From NCBI GenBank assembly GCA_043808175.1, contig JAZDFE010000007.1:16099-80098 (forward strand): 64,000 nt of DNA. The letters are read 5' to 3'. Source of the DNA: Candidatus Omnitrophota bacterium. Its GTDB lineage: Bacteria > Omnitrophota > Omnitrophia > Omnitrophales > Aquincolibacteriaceae. This document shows positions 19,803 through 29,716 of this stretch, piece by piece (position 1 is the stretch's first letter; each line of letters starts with the position of its first letter). Position numbers and translations under genes: made by a program. Under the pieces are notes generated by a model that was not told the origin of the DNA, searched no databases, and saw only the letters and a program-made list of their open reading frames with translations.

Positions 19803-20939
19803 ATGGAGAACAGTGCTAATATGCTCAAATATATTACTGCAGGAGAGTCTCACGGACATTACTTGGCCGCCATCCTGGAAGGTTTTCCAAGCGGCCTTAT
19901 GCTCGACCTTGATTTTATCAACGGAGAGATGCGCCGTCGTCAGGGAGGGTATGGCCGTGGAGGCAGGCAAAAGATCGAAACGGACGGCGTTGAGATCATG
20001 GGGGGCGTGATCAAGAAGGTCACGACCGGCGCGCCGCTGGGCTTTCTTCTTTCGAACAAGGACTTTAAGATCGAAGAAATGCCGGAGCTCTTCCGTCCCC
20101 GGCCCGGCCATGCGGATCTTGCGGGATCTCTTAAATATGATCAGGGGATCCGTGCGGTCCTGGAACGTTCGAGCGCGCGCGAGACCGCCATGCGTGTTGC
20201 GGTGGGTGCGGCCTGCAAACTCTTGCTCAAGACATTCGGGATCGAGATCGCCGCTCACGTGGTCCAGATCGGGAGCGTTCTACTCCCGGCACGGCATATT
20301 ACCGTCGGAGAAATTCGAAAAGGGGCCGAGGATTCACCCGTTCGGTGCGTTGACAAAAAGACCGAAAAAGCCATGATGCAGGCGATCGCGAAAGTCATGA
20401 AGAGCGGGGATTCGCTGGGCGGGAAATACGAGGTCCGTGTCACGGGTCTGCCGATCGGTTTGGGTTCTTACGTTCATTTTGAAAGAAAACTCGATGCACG
20501 CCTTGCCATGATCCTTATGAGCCAGCAGTCCGCGAAGGCGGTCGAGATCGGGGAGGGAGTGGGGCTCGCCGGGATTCCGGGTTCCGAAGCGCATGACGAG
20601 ATCTTCTATGGGAAGACTCGCGGTTATTTTCATAAGACCAATCATGCCGGGGGGATTGAAGGCGGGATGACGAACGGGGCGGATCTTGTGGTGCGTCTCA
20701 CGATGAAACCGATATCGACACTTGCGCGACCTCTCGCGTCGGTGAACATGAAAACGAAAAAAGCGGAAAAGGCTGATTTTGAGCGCAGCGACGTCTGCGC
20801 CGTGCCGGCCGGAAGCGTGATCGGGGAAGCGCTTGTCGCGTACACGCTCGCGGATGCTTTTCTCGAAAAATTCGGCGGCGATTCTCTTGGAGAGATCCGT
20901 CGTAATTACGAAGGTTATTTAAAACACGTCCGTGCCTGA
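19803..20939 (+). CDS. aroC: Chorismate synthase; the start is possibly 19821 (MLKYITAGESHG).
   Basis: AroC signatures are present (TAGESHGHYLAAILEGFPSGL, RPGHADLAG, SARETAMRVA). Confidence 0.9.
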   Translation: MENSANMLKYITAGESHGHYLAAILEGFPSGLMLDLDFINGEMRRRQGGYGRGGRQKIETDGVEIMGGVIKKVTTGAPLGFLLSNKDFKIEEMPELFRPRPGHADLAGSLKYDQGIRAVLERSSARETAMRVAVGAACKLLLKTFGIEIAAHVVQIGSVLLPARHITVGEIRKGAEDSPVRCVDKKTEKAMMQAIAKVMKSGDSLGGKYEVRVTGLPIGLGSYVHFERKLDARLAMILMSQQSAKAVEIGEGVGLAGIPGSEAHDEIFYGKTRGYFHKTNHAGGIEGGMTNGADLVVRLTMKPISTLARPLASVNMKTKKAEKADFERSDVCAVPAGSVIGEALVAYTLADAFLEKFGGDSLGEIRRNYEGYLKHVRA

Positions 20940-21447
20940 CAATATTTATCTGATCGGTATGATGGGTTCGGGCAAGACTGTGACCGGGAAAGCCCTGGCG
21001 GAACGGCTCGGCTACGCGTTCGTGGATTTGGATGTCGAGATCCAAGCAAAAGAAGGACGTTCTATTCCGGAGATCTTTGCGGGATTCGGGGAACCTTATT
21101 TCCGCAATGCGGAGTCGTCGGTCCTGGAGCATTTTTCAAAGCAAGCCAAGCAAGTGATCGCGACGGGCGGAGGCATTGTGCTGCGTGAAGAAAATGTGCG
21201 ACGCATGAAAGAGACCGGAAAGGTCGTACGGCTTGACGCATCCGTCGAATCTTTGTGGCAACGCGTCCGTTATTCGAAGGACCGCCCGCTCCTTAATAAG
21301 CCCGATCCTTTGGGCGCGCTTCGGCAGATCTTAAGCGATCGGGGGGCCTTCTACGAGAAAGCCAGCCATTTTTCCGTACTGACGGATGGCAAAAGAGCCG
21401 AAGACGTCGCCAATGAGATCCTGAAAATGTTGAGGCCTGGAACATGA
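20932..21447 (+). CDS. aroK: Shikimate kinase.
   Basis: A P-loop is present (IYLIGMMGSGKTVTGKALAERLGYAFVDLD). It overlaps the aroC stop and the aroB start. Confidence 0.85.
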   Translation: MPDNIYLIGMMGSGKTVTGKALAERLGYAFVDLDVEIQAKEGRSIPEIFAGFGEPYFRNAESSVLEHFSKQAKQVIATGGGIVLREENVRRMKETGKVVRLDASVESLWQRVRYSKDRPLLNKPDPLGALRQILSDRGAFYEKASHFSVLTDGKRAEDVANEILKMLRPGT

Positions 21448-22541
21448 GAACGATACAAGTAACAAGCTTGAAGGGAAATTACAAGATCTGCGTGGGCCGG
21501 GATCTCTTGGCGCAAACCGGGGCGCGGATTGCCGGGGTTTTTAAGCCCGGGACAAAGCTTATGATCGTTTCCCAGAAGAACCTTGCGCCTTATCTGAAAG
21601 TCATTTCCTCATCGCTTTCCAAAAAAGGTTTCGAGGTCTATGTCCATGTGCTTCCGGACGGTGAGATCGCGAAATCCGGGGCAGAACTGTTCCGGCTCTC
21701 CAACGATCTTCTCGCGAAGGGATTTGAGCGCAAAGACGGGATCGTGGCCGTAGGCGGGGGCGTGGTGAGCGATCTTGCGGGGTTTGCGGCGTCGGTCTAT
21801 CTGCGCGGGATCCGTTATGTAAATATTGCGACAACCTTGCTCGCCCAGGTGGACAGCGCGATCGGAGGGAAGACCGCGATCGACCTCAAGGAAGGAAAGA
21901 ATCTCATGGGCTCTTTTTGGCCCCCAGCCCTTGTGATCTCGGATGTAAGCGTACTTCGTTCACTTCCGCAGCGGGAGCTTTGCGCTTCCCTGGGGGAAGT
22001 CGTGAAATGCGGTGTGATCCGCGATCCCGCCTTGTTCAATTTCCTGGAGAAAAATTTCAAAAAAATACTGCGAAAAGATCTTGGGGCGATCGAGAAGGTC
22101 GTTCTTGCCTGCGCAAAGATCAAAGCCGGGGTTGTGAGCTGTGATGAGTTCGAGACCCAAGGGGAGCGTGCGATCCTTAACTATGGCCATACCTTCGCGC
22201 ATGGGGTCGAAGGGGTGCTGGGTTATAAGGGCCTGGTGCACGGGGAAGCGGTTGCGATCGGGATGATGATGGCGGCGCAGCTTGCTGCGGATCTCGGGCT
22301 TTGCCCGCAAGAACTTCCATGGCGTCAGACGAAGCTTCTTATTTCCATAAAACTACCTGTTTCGATCAAGAAATTCAACCTCAAAGCCGCTGCGATCCTG
22401 AAAACCATGATGACGGACAAGAAGAAAAACAAAGGTGCGTTGCATTTTGTCCTGCCCCGGCGCATCGGTAAAGTCACCGTCGAGAAAGATATCCCCATCG
22501 AAAACGTTCGCAAGATCCTTCGTTTCGCCGGCGCAAAGTAA
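21444..22541 (+). CDS. aroB: 3-dehydroquinate synthase.
   Basis: DHQS motifs are present (GGGVVSDLAGFAAS, LNYGHTFAHGVE). Confidence 0.9.
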   Translation: MRTIQVTSLKGNYKICVGRDLLAQTGARIAGVFKPGTKLMIVSQKNLAPYLKVISSSLSKKGFEVYVHVLPDGEIAKSGAELFRLSNDLLAKGFERKDGIVAVGGGVVSDLAGFAASVYLRGIRYVNIATTLLAQVDSAIGGKTAIDLKEGKNLMGSFWPPALVISDVSVLRSLPQRELCASLGEVVKCGVIRDPALFNFLEKNFKKILRKDLGAIEKVVLACAKIKAGVVSCDEFETQGERAILNYGHTFAHGVEGVLGYKGLVHGEAVAIGMMMAAQLAADLGLCPQELPWRQTKLLISIKLPVSIKKFNLKAAAILKTMMTDKKKNKGALHFVLPRRIGKVTVEKDIPIENVRKILRFAGAK

Positions 22542-22611
22542 CCTCCCGCCAATCCCAGTTCCCATCGCTGCAAAAAGCCTCTTACTGAAAGTTTATTTTA
22601 ATTAAATAAAT

Positions 22612-22628
22612 ATTGATTTTAAATCAAT
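22612..22628. promoter_or_regulatory. Perfect 8+1+8 palindrome (attgattt-t-aaatcaat) in an AT-rich island upstream of dprA. It is a candidate operator or DNA-binding site.
   Basis: The palindrome is read directly from the sequence. The surrounding 60 bp is more than 80% A/T in an otherwise GC-rich window and carries aatcaat direct repeats. Confidence 0.3.
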
Positions 22629-22697
22629 AATCAATTATGCTTCTCCTATGAAAAAACGAAGCTGTCCCAGTCCATAGCGGATGAAAAGAGCCCATCC

Positions 22698-23858
22698 ATG
22701 ACGTCCATTGAGGAGAAGGAGATCCTGGCGTTTTTAGCGCTGAACCGATTGCGGATCGAAGGCCGTCGCAGGGCCTTGGCAATTCTCTCGGAGGGGAAGA
22801 GCGCTCAAGAAGTCGTAGAACGCATACAGTCCGAGGATTTGATAAGAGACTTTCCGGTCCCGGAAAATGCGACGCCCTTCAATGCGGAAAAAGAGGTCGA
22901 ACTTTGTGTTCAAAAAGGGATCGATTTTCTGCTCTACTCCGACAGGGATTATCCAGCCATGCTTAAAGAAGTCGCGGATCCGCCGCTTCTTCTCTATAAA
23001 AAAGGAACCTTAATCGAGAATGACCGGAATGCCATCGCCATCGTGGGGACGCGGCATCCGAGTTTTTATGGGCGGATGCAGACAAGGCGCTTTGCCCAGG
23101 AGTTGGCCGCAAGGGGGCTCACGATCGTGTCCGGGTTGGCGCGTGGGATCGACCAGGTTGCGCACGACGGCGCGCTTCATATCTCTTACGGTCGCACGAT
23201 CGCAGTGATGGGATGCGGGCTCGATGTGATCTATCCCAAGGAGAACGAAAACCTTTTTCAGAGAATTTTGGAAAGGGGCTCGGTTTTAAGCGAATATCCT
23301 TTGGGAACACCACCTCTTTTGGAGAATTTCCCGCGCCGCAACAGGATCCTGTCAGGACTTTCGTATGCCACATTCGTGGTCGAAGCCCATTCACGAAGCG
23401 GATCCCTTATCACGGCGCATCAGGCGGTTGAACAGGGGCGGGAGGTCTTTGCGCTTCCGGGGCCCGTAGACCAGCTGACGTCGCGCGGAGCCCATCAACT
23501 CATTAAAGAAGGCGCGTACCTGGTGGAGACTCCCGAGGATATTCTGCTTGCTCTGGCTGATCGGTTGAAATGGGAAAATAAATTCGAGGCAGCGTTCCAA
23601 GCTCCCGTTGAGGAATCCGATACGGCGAGTCCAGAAGAGATAGCGCTCAAGACAGGTGACGGGCACCTTTTGGGGGACACCCACATGGAAGATGAGTCGA
23701 TTATTTTAGAACTTCTTAAAGATGAGGGTCCTTTGGGTCCGGACGAGATGATGGAGTTTACGGGACTCGAGTCCACAAAATTACCAGTCATTTTGCTGAA
23801 GATGGAGCTGGGCGGAAAGATCAAAAAGGGAAGCGATGGGAAGTATAACAGCAGGTGA
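22698..23858 (+). CDS. dprA: DNA processing protein DprA (Smf).
   Basis: A Rossmann-like DprA core is present (IAIVGTRHPSFYGRMQTRRFAQELAARGLTIVSGLARGIDQVAHDGAL), together with a C-terminal winged-helix-like domain. Confidence 0.85.
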   Translation: MTSIEEKEILAFLALNRLRIEGRRRALAILSEGKSAQEVVERIQSEDLIRDFPVPENATPFNAEKEVELCVQKGIDFLLYSDRDYPAMLKEVADPPLLLYKKGTLIENDRNAIAIVGTRHPSFYGRMQTRRFAQELAARGLTIVSGLARGIDQVAHDGALHISYGRTIAVMGCGLDVIYPKENENLFQRILERGSVLSEYPLGTPPLLENFPRRNRILSGLSYATFVVEAHSRSGSLITAHQAVEQGREVFALPGPVDQLTSRGAHQLIKEGAYLVETPEDILLALADRLKWENKFEAAFQAPVEESDTASPEEIALKTGDGHLLGDTHMEDESIILELLKDEGPLGPDEMMEFTGLESTKLPVILLKMELGGKIKKGSDGKYNSR

Positions 23859-24055
23859 CTTTCACTTGTTTTTCTGGGAATGACGGGTTGGGTGAATTTG
23901 CGCCTATTTCGTCCGTTAAGCTTCGGCATGGGCAGGTCGTTATTGGATAGAGTAGCGCGGGAAAAAAGTTTTGACAGACGGGTCTTTCCTCTATAGAGTT
24001 TTACGTGAGAACCATGTCTTGTTAAAGAAAGTTCTTAAAACGAAAGGAGTCAAAG

Positions 24056-24445
24056 ATGGAAGGATTGGTGCCAGCAAATAAAGGGAAGAGGTTCGCGGCG
24101 GGGCTGATCGATCTGGTTGTTATTCCCATCGTTCTAGGGGTCGTGATCGGTTTGGTTCTTTTGGCGGCTCCGGACATGGTGCGTAGTATCGTGCTTGTGA
24201 TCGTCAACATCCTTTGGTTGGTATTCCGTGACGCGGTCTATTCTCCAGGACGGGCGATGGTCAAGATCAAGCTCATCAGCCTTACGGGGGAAAAGGTGAC
24301 GTGGTTGCAGGCTTTGATCCGGAACATTCTTTTGATTATTCCGTTCGTGCTTGTGGTTGGGTATATCGTCGAGATCGTGATGCTGATCGCCAAAGGGCAT
24401 CGTCTCGCGGACAATTGGGCCAAGACGCAGGTCGTTGAAGCCTAA
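24056..24445 (+). CDS. RDD-family small membrane protein.
   Basis: An RDD-like N-terminus is present (KRFAAGLIDLVVIPIVLGVV). There are 3 transmembrane segments. Confidence 0.65.
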   Translation: MEGLVPANKGKRFAAGLIDLVVIPIVLGVVIGLVLLAAPDMVRSIVLVIVNILWLVFRDAVYSPGRAMVKIKLISLTGEKVTWLQALIRNILLIIPFVLVVGYIVEIVMLIAKGHRLADNWAKTQVVEA

Positions 24446-24472
24446 AGGCTGTCAGGGTTTTGTTAAGTTTTG

Positions 24473-24517
24473 AAGATTCTCCTCCGTGGGCGACCGTGGA
24501 GGAGAATCTTTATTTTC
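24473..24517 (+). terminator. Rho-independent terminator after the RDD gene.
   Basis: A 12-bp stem (agattctcctcc / ggaggagaatct) with a 12-nt loop is followed by ttatttt. Confidence 0.7.
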
Positions 24518-24650
24518 TCCCCGTTAGAGATTCTAAGGGCAAAAAGACGGTTCCTTCATAGTCGTTAAGACGCGAATGTTTTAAACGGTTTTTCTGATAA
24601 CTTGACGAAAGTGTTTCTCAAAACACTTCCTGTCTCTTACGGGGTAAAGC

Positions 24651-25847
24651 ATGAACGACGCTCCCACAATCGGAAACATGATCAAGTTCTCTTGGGCAAA
24701 AAGCCTGAAGATCCTTTTTCCGTTCCATTTCAAACGCTGGCTCAAGATCCTAATCGTCGTCTGGCTCGCGGGTGTGGGCATCCAGGGGTTCAGCACGAAT
24801 TTTAAAGCCCCGGCAAAACCAGCGCAGCCTTTTACTGCGTCTCAAAAAGGCGCTATGCCCGCACTTCCGAAAGACATGCTATCGCAATTGATGGGAAAGG
24901 CATCTCAGGCCCCGGCGTTCGTTAGCTCTCCTACTCCTTCTTCTATGGCGCAAGTCCAAAAGCCGCCTCAAAAGGGGGTGAACTCCTTTTCGATTGCCCA
25001 GGGCGCGGATCGCATTGCGAAACTTGGGGCGAAAGCGGAACGCCCGGAAGCTAAAGCGAAACCTGTTCTTGTGGCGCTGCTTGTGTCCGGAGTGATCGTA
25101 CTTGGGCTTGTTTTTGCGGTATTTTTCATGTGGCTATCGAGTCGGTTCAATTTCGTGCTCCTGGATATGATTCTAGCACAAGAACCGGCGATCAGGGGAC
25201 CGTTCAGAAAGCACGGAGAGGCAGGGAATTCCTATTTTGCATGGACGTTGGCTTTCATAGGGATCGGTCTTGTCGCTTTTTTATCGGCAGGGCTGCTCAT
25301 AGTGCTTTCTTTGGGAATTATGAAATGGAGTTCGGTGATGGGGATCCCTCTCATTGTTCTTGGGGGTCTTTTGGCTCTGGCGGTGATGGTGGCCATAGTC
25401 TTTGTCGGGACCATCATGCGCGACTTTGCTCTTCCGATCATGTATCGTGAAAAGATTCCGGCGATGAGCGCCCTAAATAAATTTTTGAAGGCCGGTACAT
25501 TTACTTTTGGAAAGACATTTCAATATCTTCTTGTGGTCTTCGGTCTATGGCTTCTCGCCATAATTGCTCAGAGCATCGTCGGCATTTTTGCCGTGATCGG
25601 CGGAGTGATCGCAGGCGGTATCGTGGCTATCCCGGGAATCATTCTGTTCAAGGCTCTTCCCCTTCTGAAGATTCCACTTATTATTCTTGGGAGTCTTGCG
25701 GCAACGGCGCTCTTCCTGGCTGTGATCGTGGTGATCGGTATGGTCATGTTGCCGGTGGTGATCTTCTTTCGAGTGTTCGCATTAGCGTATTTGACGCGCC
25801 TTTATCCTGAATACGATCTGCTAGGATTCACCGGCAATAAGTCATAG
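24651..25847 (+). CDS. Hypothetical polytopic membrane protein. It has a Pro/Ala/Ser-rich N-terminal region and 7 or more predicted transmembrane helices.
   Basis: This is a long ORF with codon usage like its neighbours and strongly hydrophobic segments. I recognise no family. Confidence 0.5.
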   Translation: MNDAPTIGNMIKFSWAKSLKILFPFHFKRWLKILIVVWLAGVGIQGFSTNFKAPAKPAQPFTASQKGAMPALPKDMLSQLMGKASQAPAFVSSPTPSSMAQVQKPPQKGVNSFSIAQGADRIAKLGAKAERPEAKAKPVLVALLVSGVIVLGLVFAVFFMWLSSRFNFVLLDMILAQEPAIRGPFRKHGEAGNSYFAWTLAFIGIGLVAFLSAGLLIVLSLGIMKWSSVMGIPLIVLGGLLALAVMVAIVFVGTIMRDFALPIMYREKIPAMSALNKFLKAGTFTFGKTFQYLLVVFGLWLLAIIAQSIVGIFAVIGGVIAGGIVAIPGIILFKALPLLKIPLIILGSLAATALFLAVIVVIGMVMLPVVIFFRVFALAYLTRLYPEYDLLGFTGNKS

Positions 25848-25943
25848 CACAAAGCTCATAGCTTAAAGCCCGAGGGTAGAAATTTTACGTTTTACGCCTT
25901 GTGTTGTTTTATATGTTATGCTTTGATTTGAGAGACAGACATC

Positions 25944-26339
25944 ATGCCCAAGAGAAAACGTTCCAGAAAATCCAGGTCTGTCAGCAAAAGGGGAGGAGGG
26001 GCATTTAAAGAAGTCCTTTCCCTTTATGCGAAGCTCGCGGACTTCAAAAAAGAGGTGGTCAAGGCGGCGGAGGGTGGGGAGCGGGCGAATGATCGCCTGA
26101 CGAGCATGGAAGTTCATCTGAATATCCTGGCTCGGCTTTTGACCACGCTTTGCATTGAGAAACTTGGCATTCGTCTCGGAGCGCTCAGACGTCTGGTTCG
26201 CCGCGTTGAAAGAGAAGCGGTGCGCGATTCCCAGATTATGGAATTAGAGTCCCTTTATAAGCTTTCCCACGGGAACTCAAAGAAAACACCTTCGGCCAAC
26301 ATCAAACCCAAAGACGACCCTTGGGAGCAAATTTCTTGA
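25944..26339 (+). CDS. Hypothetical small basic protein.
   Basis: The ORF has a Lys/Arg-rich N-terminus (MPKRKRSRKSRSVSKRGGG) and a predicted helical remainder. No recognisable motif. Confidence 0.35.
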   Translation: MPKRKRSRKSRSVSKRGGGAFKEVLSLYAKLADFKKEVVKAAEGGERANDRLTSMEVHLNILARLLTTLCIEKLGIRLGALRRLVRRVEREAVRDSQIMELESLYKLSHGNSKKTPSANIKPKDDPWEQIS

Positions 26340-26445
26340 GCCATAGAGATTTTTAAGGAGGTCATCCTTGGAGGGATGCGCTACCTTTGGCAGATGACGT
26401 AATGGTTTACTTAAGCCAAAACGCATTGTCCAATCAATTTCCCTA

Positions 26446-26468
26446 ACCCGTTTTAATAAAACGGGTTA
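26446..26468. terminator. Perfect 10-bp palindromic hairpin (aacccgtttt aat aaaacgggtt). It is a possible bidirectional terminator or protein-binding site.
   Basis: Read directly from the sequence. There is no extended T-run outside the stem, so the terminator call is weak. Confidence 0.35.
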
Positions 26469-26490
26469 CAAGCGTCCGATAAACTTGCCG

Positions 26491-26519
26491 TTTACAATCA
26501 TCCGCATTTTGTTTAGAAT
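26491..26519 (+). promoter_or_regulatory. Candidate sigma70 promoter for topA (TTTACA-N17-TAGAAT). It is followed by a roughly 125-nt leader with two hairpins at about 26535-26558 and 26562-26587.
   Basis: The hexamers and spacing are read from the sequence. The hairpins are cttcgcaaa...tttgcgaag and atccgcc...ggcggat. Confidence 0.4.
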
Positions 26520-26651
26520 CCCTCCACTTTTCGTCTTCGCAAAGGGTTGTTTGCGAAGGACGGATCCGCCGCGCTGTATGGCGGATACGTGGGACTTCTG
26601 ATCTTCCGGTAGGCAATTATTTTGGAACCACGAGTTATTCAGGGAGGCATT

Positions 26652-28751
26652 GTGGTAAAAGCAAAGAAGGGCGTGAAAGCTTCAAAGACTGCGAAGGGAC
26701 CCAAGCATCTGGTGGTCGTGGAGTCACCGGCCAAGGCTAAAACCATCAATAAGTTCCTTGGCAAAGATTTCCATGTTGTAGCGTCCATGGGTCATGTCCG
26801 GGATTTACCGAAGAGCCGAATGGCTGTCGATATCGAACATGGTTTCACCCCGGAATACATCATCATCCGGCGGGCCCTCAAAACGGTCAAACAACTTAAG
26901 AAGGACGCTCAGGATAAGGAAACCATCTATGTCGCGCCCGATCCGGACCGTGAAGGCGAGGCCATCAGCTGGCATCTTGCCCATATCTTTTCAGAGGAAG
27001 GCCACGGCCCGAAGATCCTCCGGGTGGAATTCAACGAGATCACGAAAGAGGCCGTGTTAAAGGCCTTTAACCATCCCCGCAAGATCGACATGAATCTTGT
27101 GAATGCACAACAGGCGCGCCGCATTCTGGACCGCGTGGTCGGATATCAATTGAGCCCGCTCCTTTGGCGCAACGTCGGCCGGGGACTCAGCGCAGGTCGC
27201 GTGCAGTCGGTGGCGCTCAGATTTATCGTGGATCGCGAGCGCGAGATCCGGAAATTCATGCCGCAAGAATACTGGACACTGGACGCAAAGCTTTCCGCTG
27301 CGGAAGGTCCCGAGCAGTCAAAAGTTTTTCTTTCCCGTCTTTCTCAGATCGACAAAGCAAAACCCGAACTCAAGACTCAGGCCGAGATCGACCGAATCAA
27401 GCAAGAACTCCACCAGCTTCCCTTCCAGGTTTCGGATATCGAAAAGACCGAAAAGCGCCGCAACCCGCAGGCGCCTTATTCCACAAGCAAACTCCAGCAG
27501 GAAGCTTACAGCCGGCTCGGGTTCTCGGCGACGAATACAATGCGCATCGCGCAGAAGCTTTATGAGGGCGTGGAGCTCGGAGACGAAGGCAGCGTCGGTC
27601 TTATTACTTATATGAGAACAGATTCCGTGAACGTTGCTGTTTCCGCGCAAGAGGAAGCCGTGCGCTATATTCGGGAGAAATTCGGGAAAGATTATCTTCC
27701 TAAAAAACCGCCGGTCTACAAATCCCGCAAAGGCGCTCAGGAAGCTCACGAAGCCGTCCGCCCGACCTCGGCCTTTCGCATCCCGGATTCGGTGAAGGAT
27801 TTTCTCGAAAGCGACGAGTTGAAACTCTACGAACTTATCTGGAGGAAATTCCTGGCGTCGCAAATGGTGCCTGCGGTCGATGAACACACCGCTATTTCGA
27901 TCCTGGCCGGCGAAAGATACAAATTCCGTACGACCGGCAAGCGCAATCTCTTTCTGGGATTTACCGCTGCCTTCGGCGAGATCAAGATCGAAACAGAGAA
28001 TTCCAAGGAAGCCGAAGAAGACGAAGTTCCGGAAGCGTCTGAGCTTCCTGATCTCAAAGTGGGACAGAAACTGACGCTTCATGAACTCCTGGGCGAGCAG
28101 CACTTTACGAAACCGCCGGCGCGATTCAATGACGCGAGTCTGATCAAACTGCTCGAAGAAAAGGGCATCGGCCGCCCGAGTACCTACGCGCCCACGATCT
28201 CGACCATCCTGGGGCGTATTTATGCCGAGCGTAAGAACGGCGCGCTGATACCCACCGAACTTGGCAAGACGGTCGTGGATATTTTAGTGCGGCATTTCCC
28301 GACGATCCTGGATGTGGAGTTTACGGCGCTTATGGAAGAGGAGCTGGATGAGATCGAAGAAGGGAAAATGGAATGGGTCAAAGTCCTGAAGGATTTTTAC
28401 GGCCCTTTCAGCGAGTTTCTAGCGCGCGCGCAGACCGAAATGAAAAGCGTCAAGCAGGCACCCATCCCCACGGATCACAAATGCGACTTGTGCGGCAAAC
28501 AGGTTTTTATTAAGTTCGGGCGGTTCGGCAAATTCATGGCTTGCTCCGGATTCCCGGAGTGCAAGTATACGCGGTCTCTCCCGACAGGGTTCTTTTGTCC
28601 GGAGCCGGGTTGTGGCGGAGAATTGGTGAAACGCCGGGCCAAAGGTCGCCGGGCGTTCTACGGTTGCTCGAATTATCCGAAGTGCACGTACGTGGTCAAT
28701 GAGCTGCCGAAAAAAGAAGACGCCGCCGAAGCTTCGTCCGAAGCACCATGA
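26652..28751 (+). CDS. topA: DNA topoisomerase I. The start is refined to GTG, giving MVKAKKG after a GGAGG ribosome-binding site.
   Basis: A Toprim domain is present (HLVVVESPAKAKTINKFLG). A type IA core and C-terminal zinc ribbons are also present (CDLCGKQ...CSGFPECKYT...CPEPGCGG...CSNYPKC). Confidence 0.9.
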   Translation: MVKAKKGVKASKTAKGPKHLVVVESPAKAKTINKFLGKDFHVVASMGHVRDLPKSRMAVDIEHGFTPEYIIIRRALKTVKQLKKDAQDKETIYVAPDPDREGEAISWHLAHIFSEEGHGPKILRVEFNEITKEAVLKAFNHPRKIDMNLVNAQQARRILDRVVGYQLSPLLWRNVGRGLSAGRVQSVALRFIVDREREIRKFMPQEYWTLDAKLSAAEGPEQSKVFLSRLSQIDKAKPELKTQAEIDRIKQELHQLPFQVSDIEKTEKRRNPQAPYSTSKLQQEAYSRLGFSATNTMRIAQKLYEGVELGDEGSVGLITYMRTDSVNVAVSAQEEAVRYIREKFGKDYLPKKPPVYKSRKGAQEAHEAVRPTSAFRIPDSVKDFLESDELKLYELIWRKFLASQMVPAVDEHTAISILAGERYKFRTTGKRNLFLGFTAAFGEIKIETENSKEAEEDEVPEASELPDLKVGQKLTLHELLGEQHFTKPPARFNDASLIKLLEEKGIGRPSTYAPTISTILGRIYAERKNGALIPTELGKTVVDILVRHFPTILDVEFTALMEEELDEIEEGKMEWVKVLKDFYGPFSEFLARAQTEMKSVKQAPIPTDHKCDLCGKQVFIKFGRFGKFMACSGFPECKYTRSLPTGFFCPEPGCGGELVKRRAKGRRAFYGCSNYPKCTYVVNELPKKEDAAEASSEAP

Positions 28752-28761
28752 GCCACGAAAT

Positions 28762-29640
28762 ATGAATAAGCGGGTTGAAGATTTTCTGAATTTTCTGACG
28801 ACCGAGAAGGGCGCCTCGGAGCATACGACCAAAAATTACGGGATCGATCTCCGGGAGTTCATGAAATTCATTGCGGAGAAAGAACTCCAGGGCTTGACCT
28901 ATCTTGATATCCGTTCCTTTCTGGCGTTCTTAAAGACCCGCGAATATAGTAAAAGTTCTATTTCCCGCAAACTTGCCTGCCTCCGTTCGTTCTTTAAATA
29001 TCTAGTGCGCGAGAACGTCCTGGCGCAAAATCCCGCGGCGGGGATCGCGACCCCGAAAAAGGAAAAACGACTCCCTTCTTTTATGAATCTTGACGAGATT
29101 ACTAAACTTCTCGACGCTCCGGCCAAGAACTCCTGGGAAGAAAAGCGCGATAAGGCGATCCTGGAGATGCTTTACAGCTCCGGGCTTCGCGTGAGCGAAC
29201 TTGCGGGGCTCAATCATGACGATCTGGATTTTTTCGGAGGCCTGGTCCGGGTGCGTGGCAAAGGGAAAAAAGAACGCATTGTCCCCGTGGGGCAAACGGC
29301 GTTGAACAGCTTGCGCGCCTATTGGGACATGAAGGCGCCGCGAGAAATCGCAAACGTGATCAAAAAGCCTCTTTTTCTCAGCCGGATCGGGAGCCGTCTT
29401 ACCGACCGGAGTGTCCGGCGGATGATCCTGAAATATGTGAAACGGACGGGGCTTGGAAAAGAGATCTCACCCCACACGTTCCGTCACTCCTTCGCGACCC
29501 ACATGCTCGATCGCGGAGCGGACCTGCGGAGCGTTCAGGAGCTTTTGGGACATGCAAACCTCTCGACTACGCAGATCTATACGCATGTGACAACCCAGCG
29601 TCTTAAGGACGCCTATACGGCGGCGCATCCGAGGGCGTAA
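28762..29640 (+). CDS. xerC: Tyrosine site-specific recombinase XerC/XerD. The start is refined to MNKRVEDFLNFL.
   Basis: The catalytic R..HxxR..Y region is present (HTFRHSFATHMLDRGADLRSVQELLGHANLSTTQIYTHV). Confidence 0.8.
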   Translation: MNKRVEDFLNFLTTEKGASEHTTKNYGIDLREFMKFIAEKELQGLTYLDIRSFLAFLKTREYSKSSISRKLACLRSFFKYLVRENVLAQNPAAGIATPKKEKRLPSFMNLDEITKLLDAPAKNSWEEKRDKAILEMLYSSGLRVSELAGLNHDDLDFFGGLVRVRGKGKKERIVPVGQTALNSLRAYWDMKAPREIANVIKKPLFLSRIGSRLTDRSVRRMILKYVKRTGLGKEISPHTFRHSFATHMLDRGADLRSVQELLGHANLSTTQIYTHVTTQRLKDAYTAAHPRA

Positions 29641-29716
29641 ACAATGCGGGCCACGATCCACGCGTCACGCTTTTCGTGGCCCGTAGTTCATGACACAAGG
29701 AACGCGAAGGCAACAA

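Noticed and set aside
22635-22652. Tiny ORF ATG-CTT-CTC-CTA-TGA (MLLL-stop) in the dprA upstream region, which could be a leader peptide.
   Set aside because: It is only four codons with no ribosome-binding site, and it sits in an AT-rich region where such ORFs arise by chance. It is mentioned only as context for the palindrome finding.
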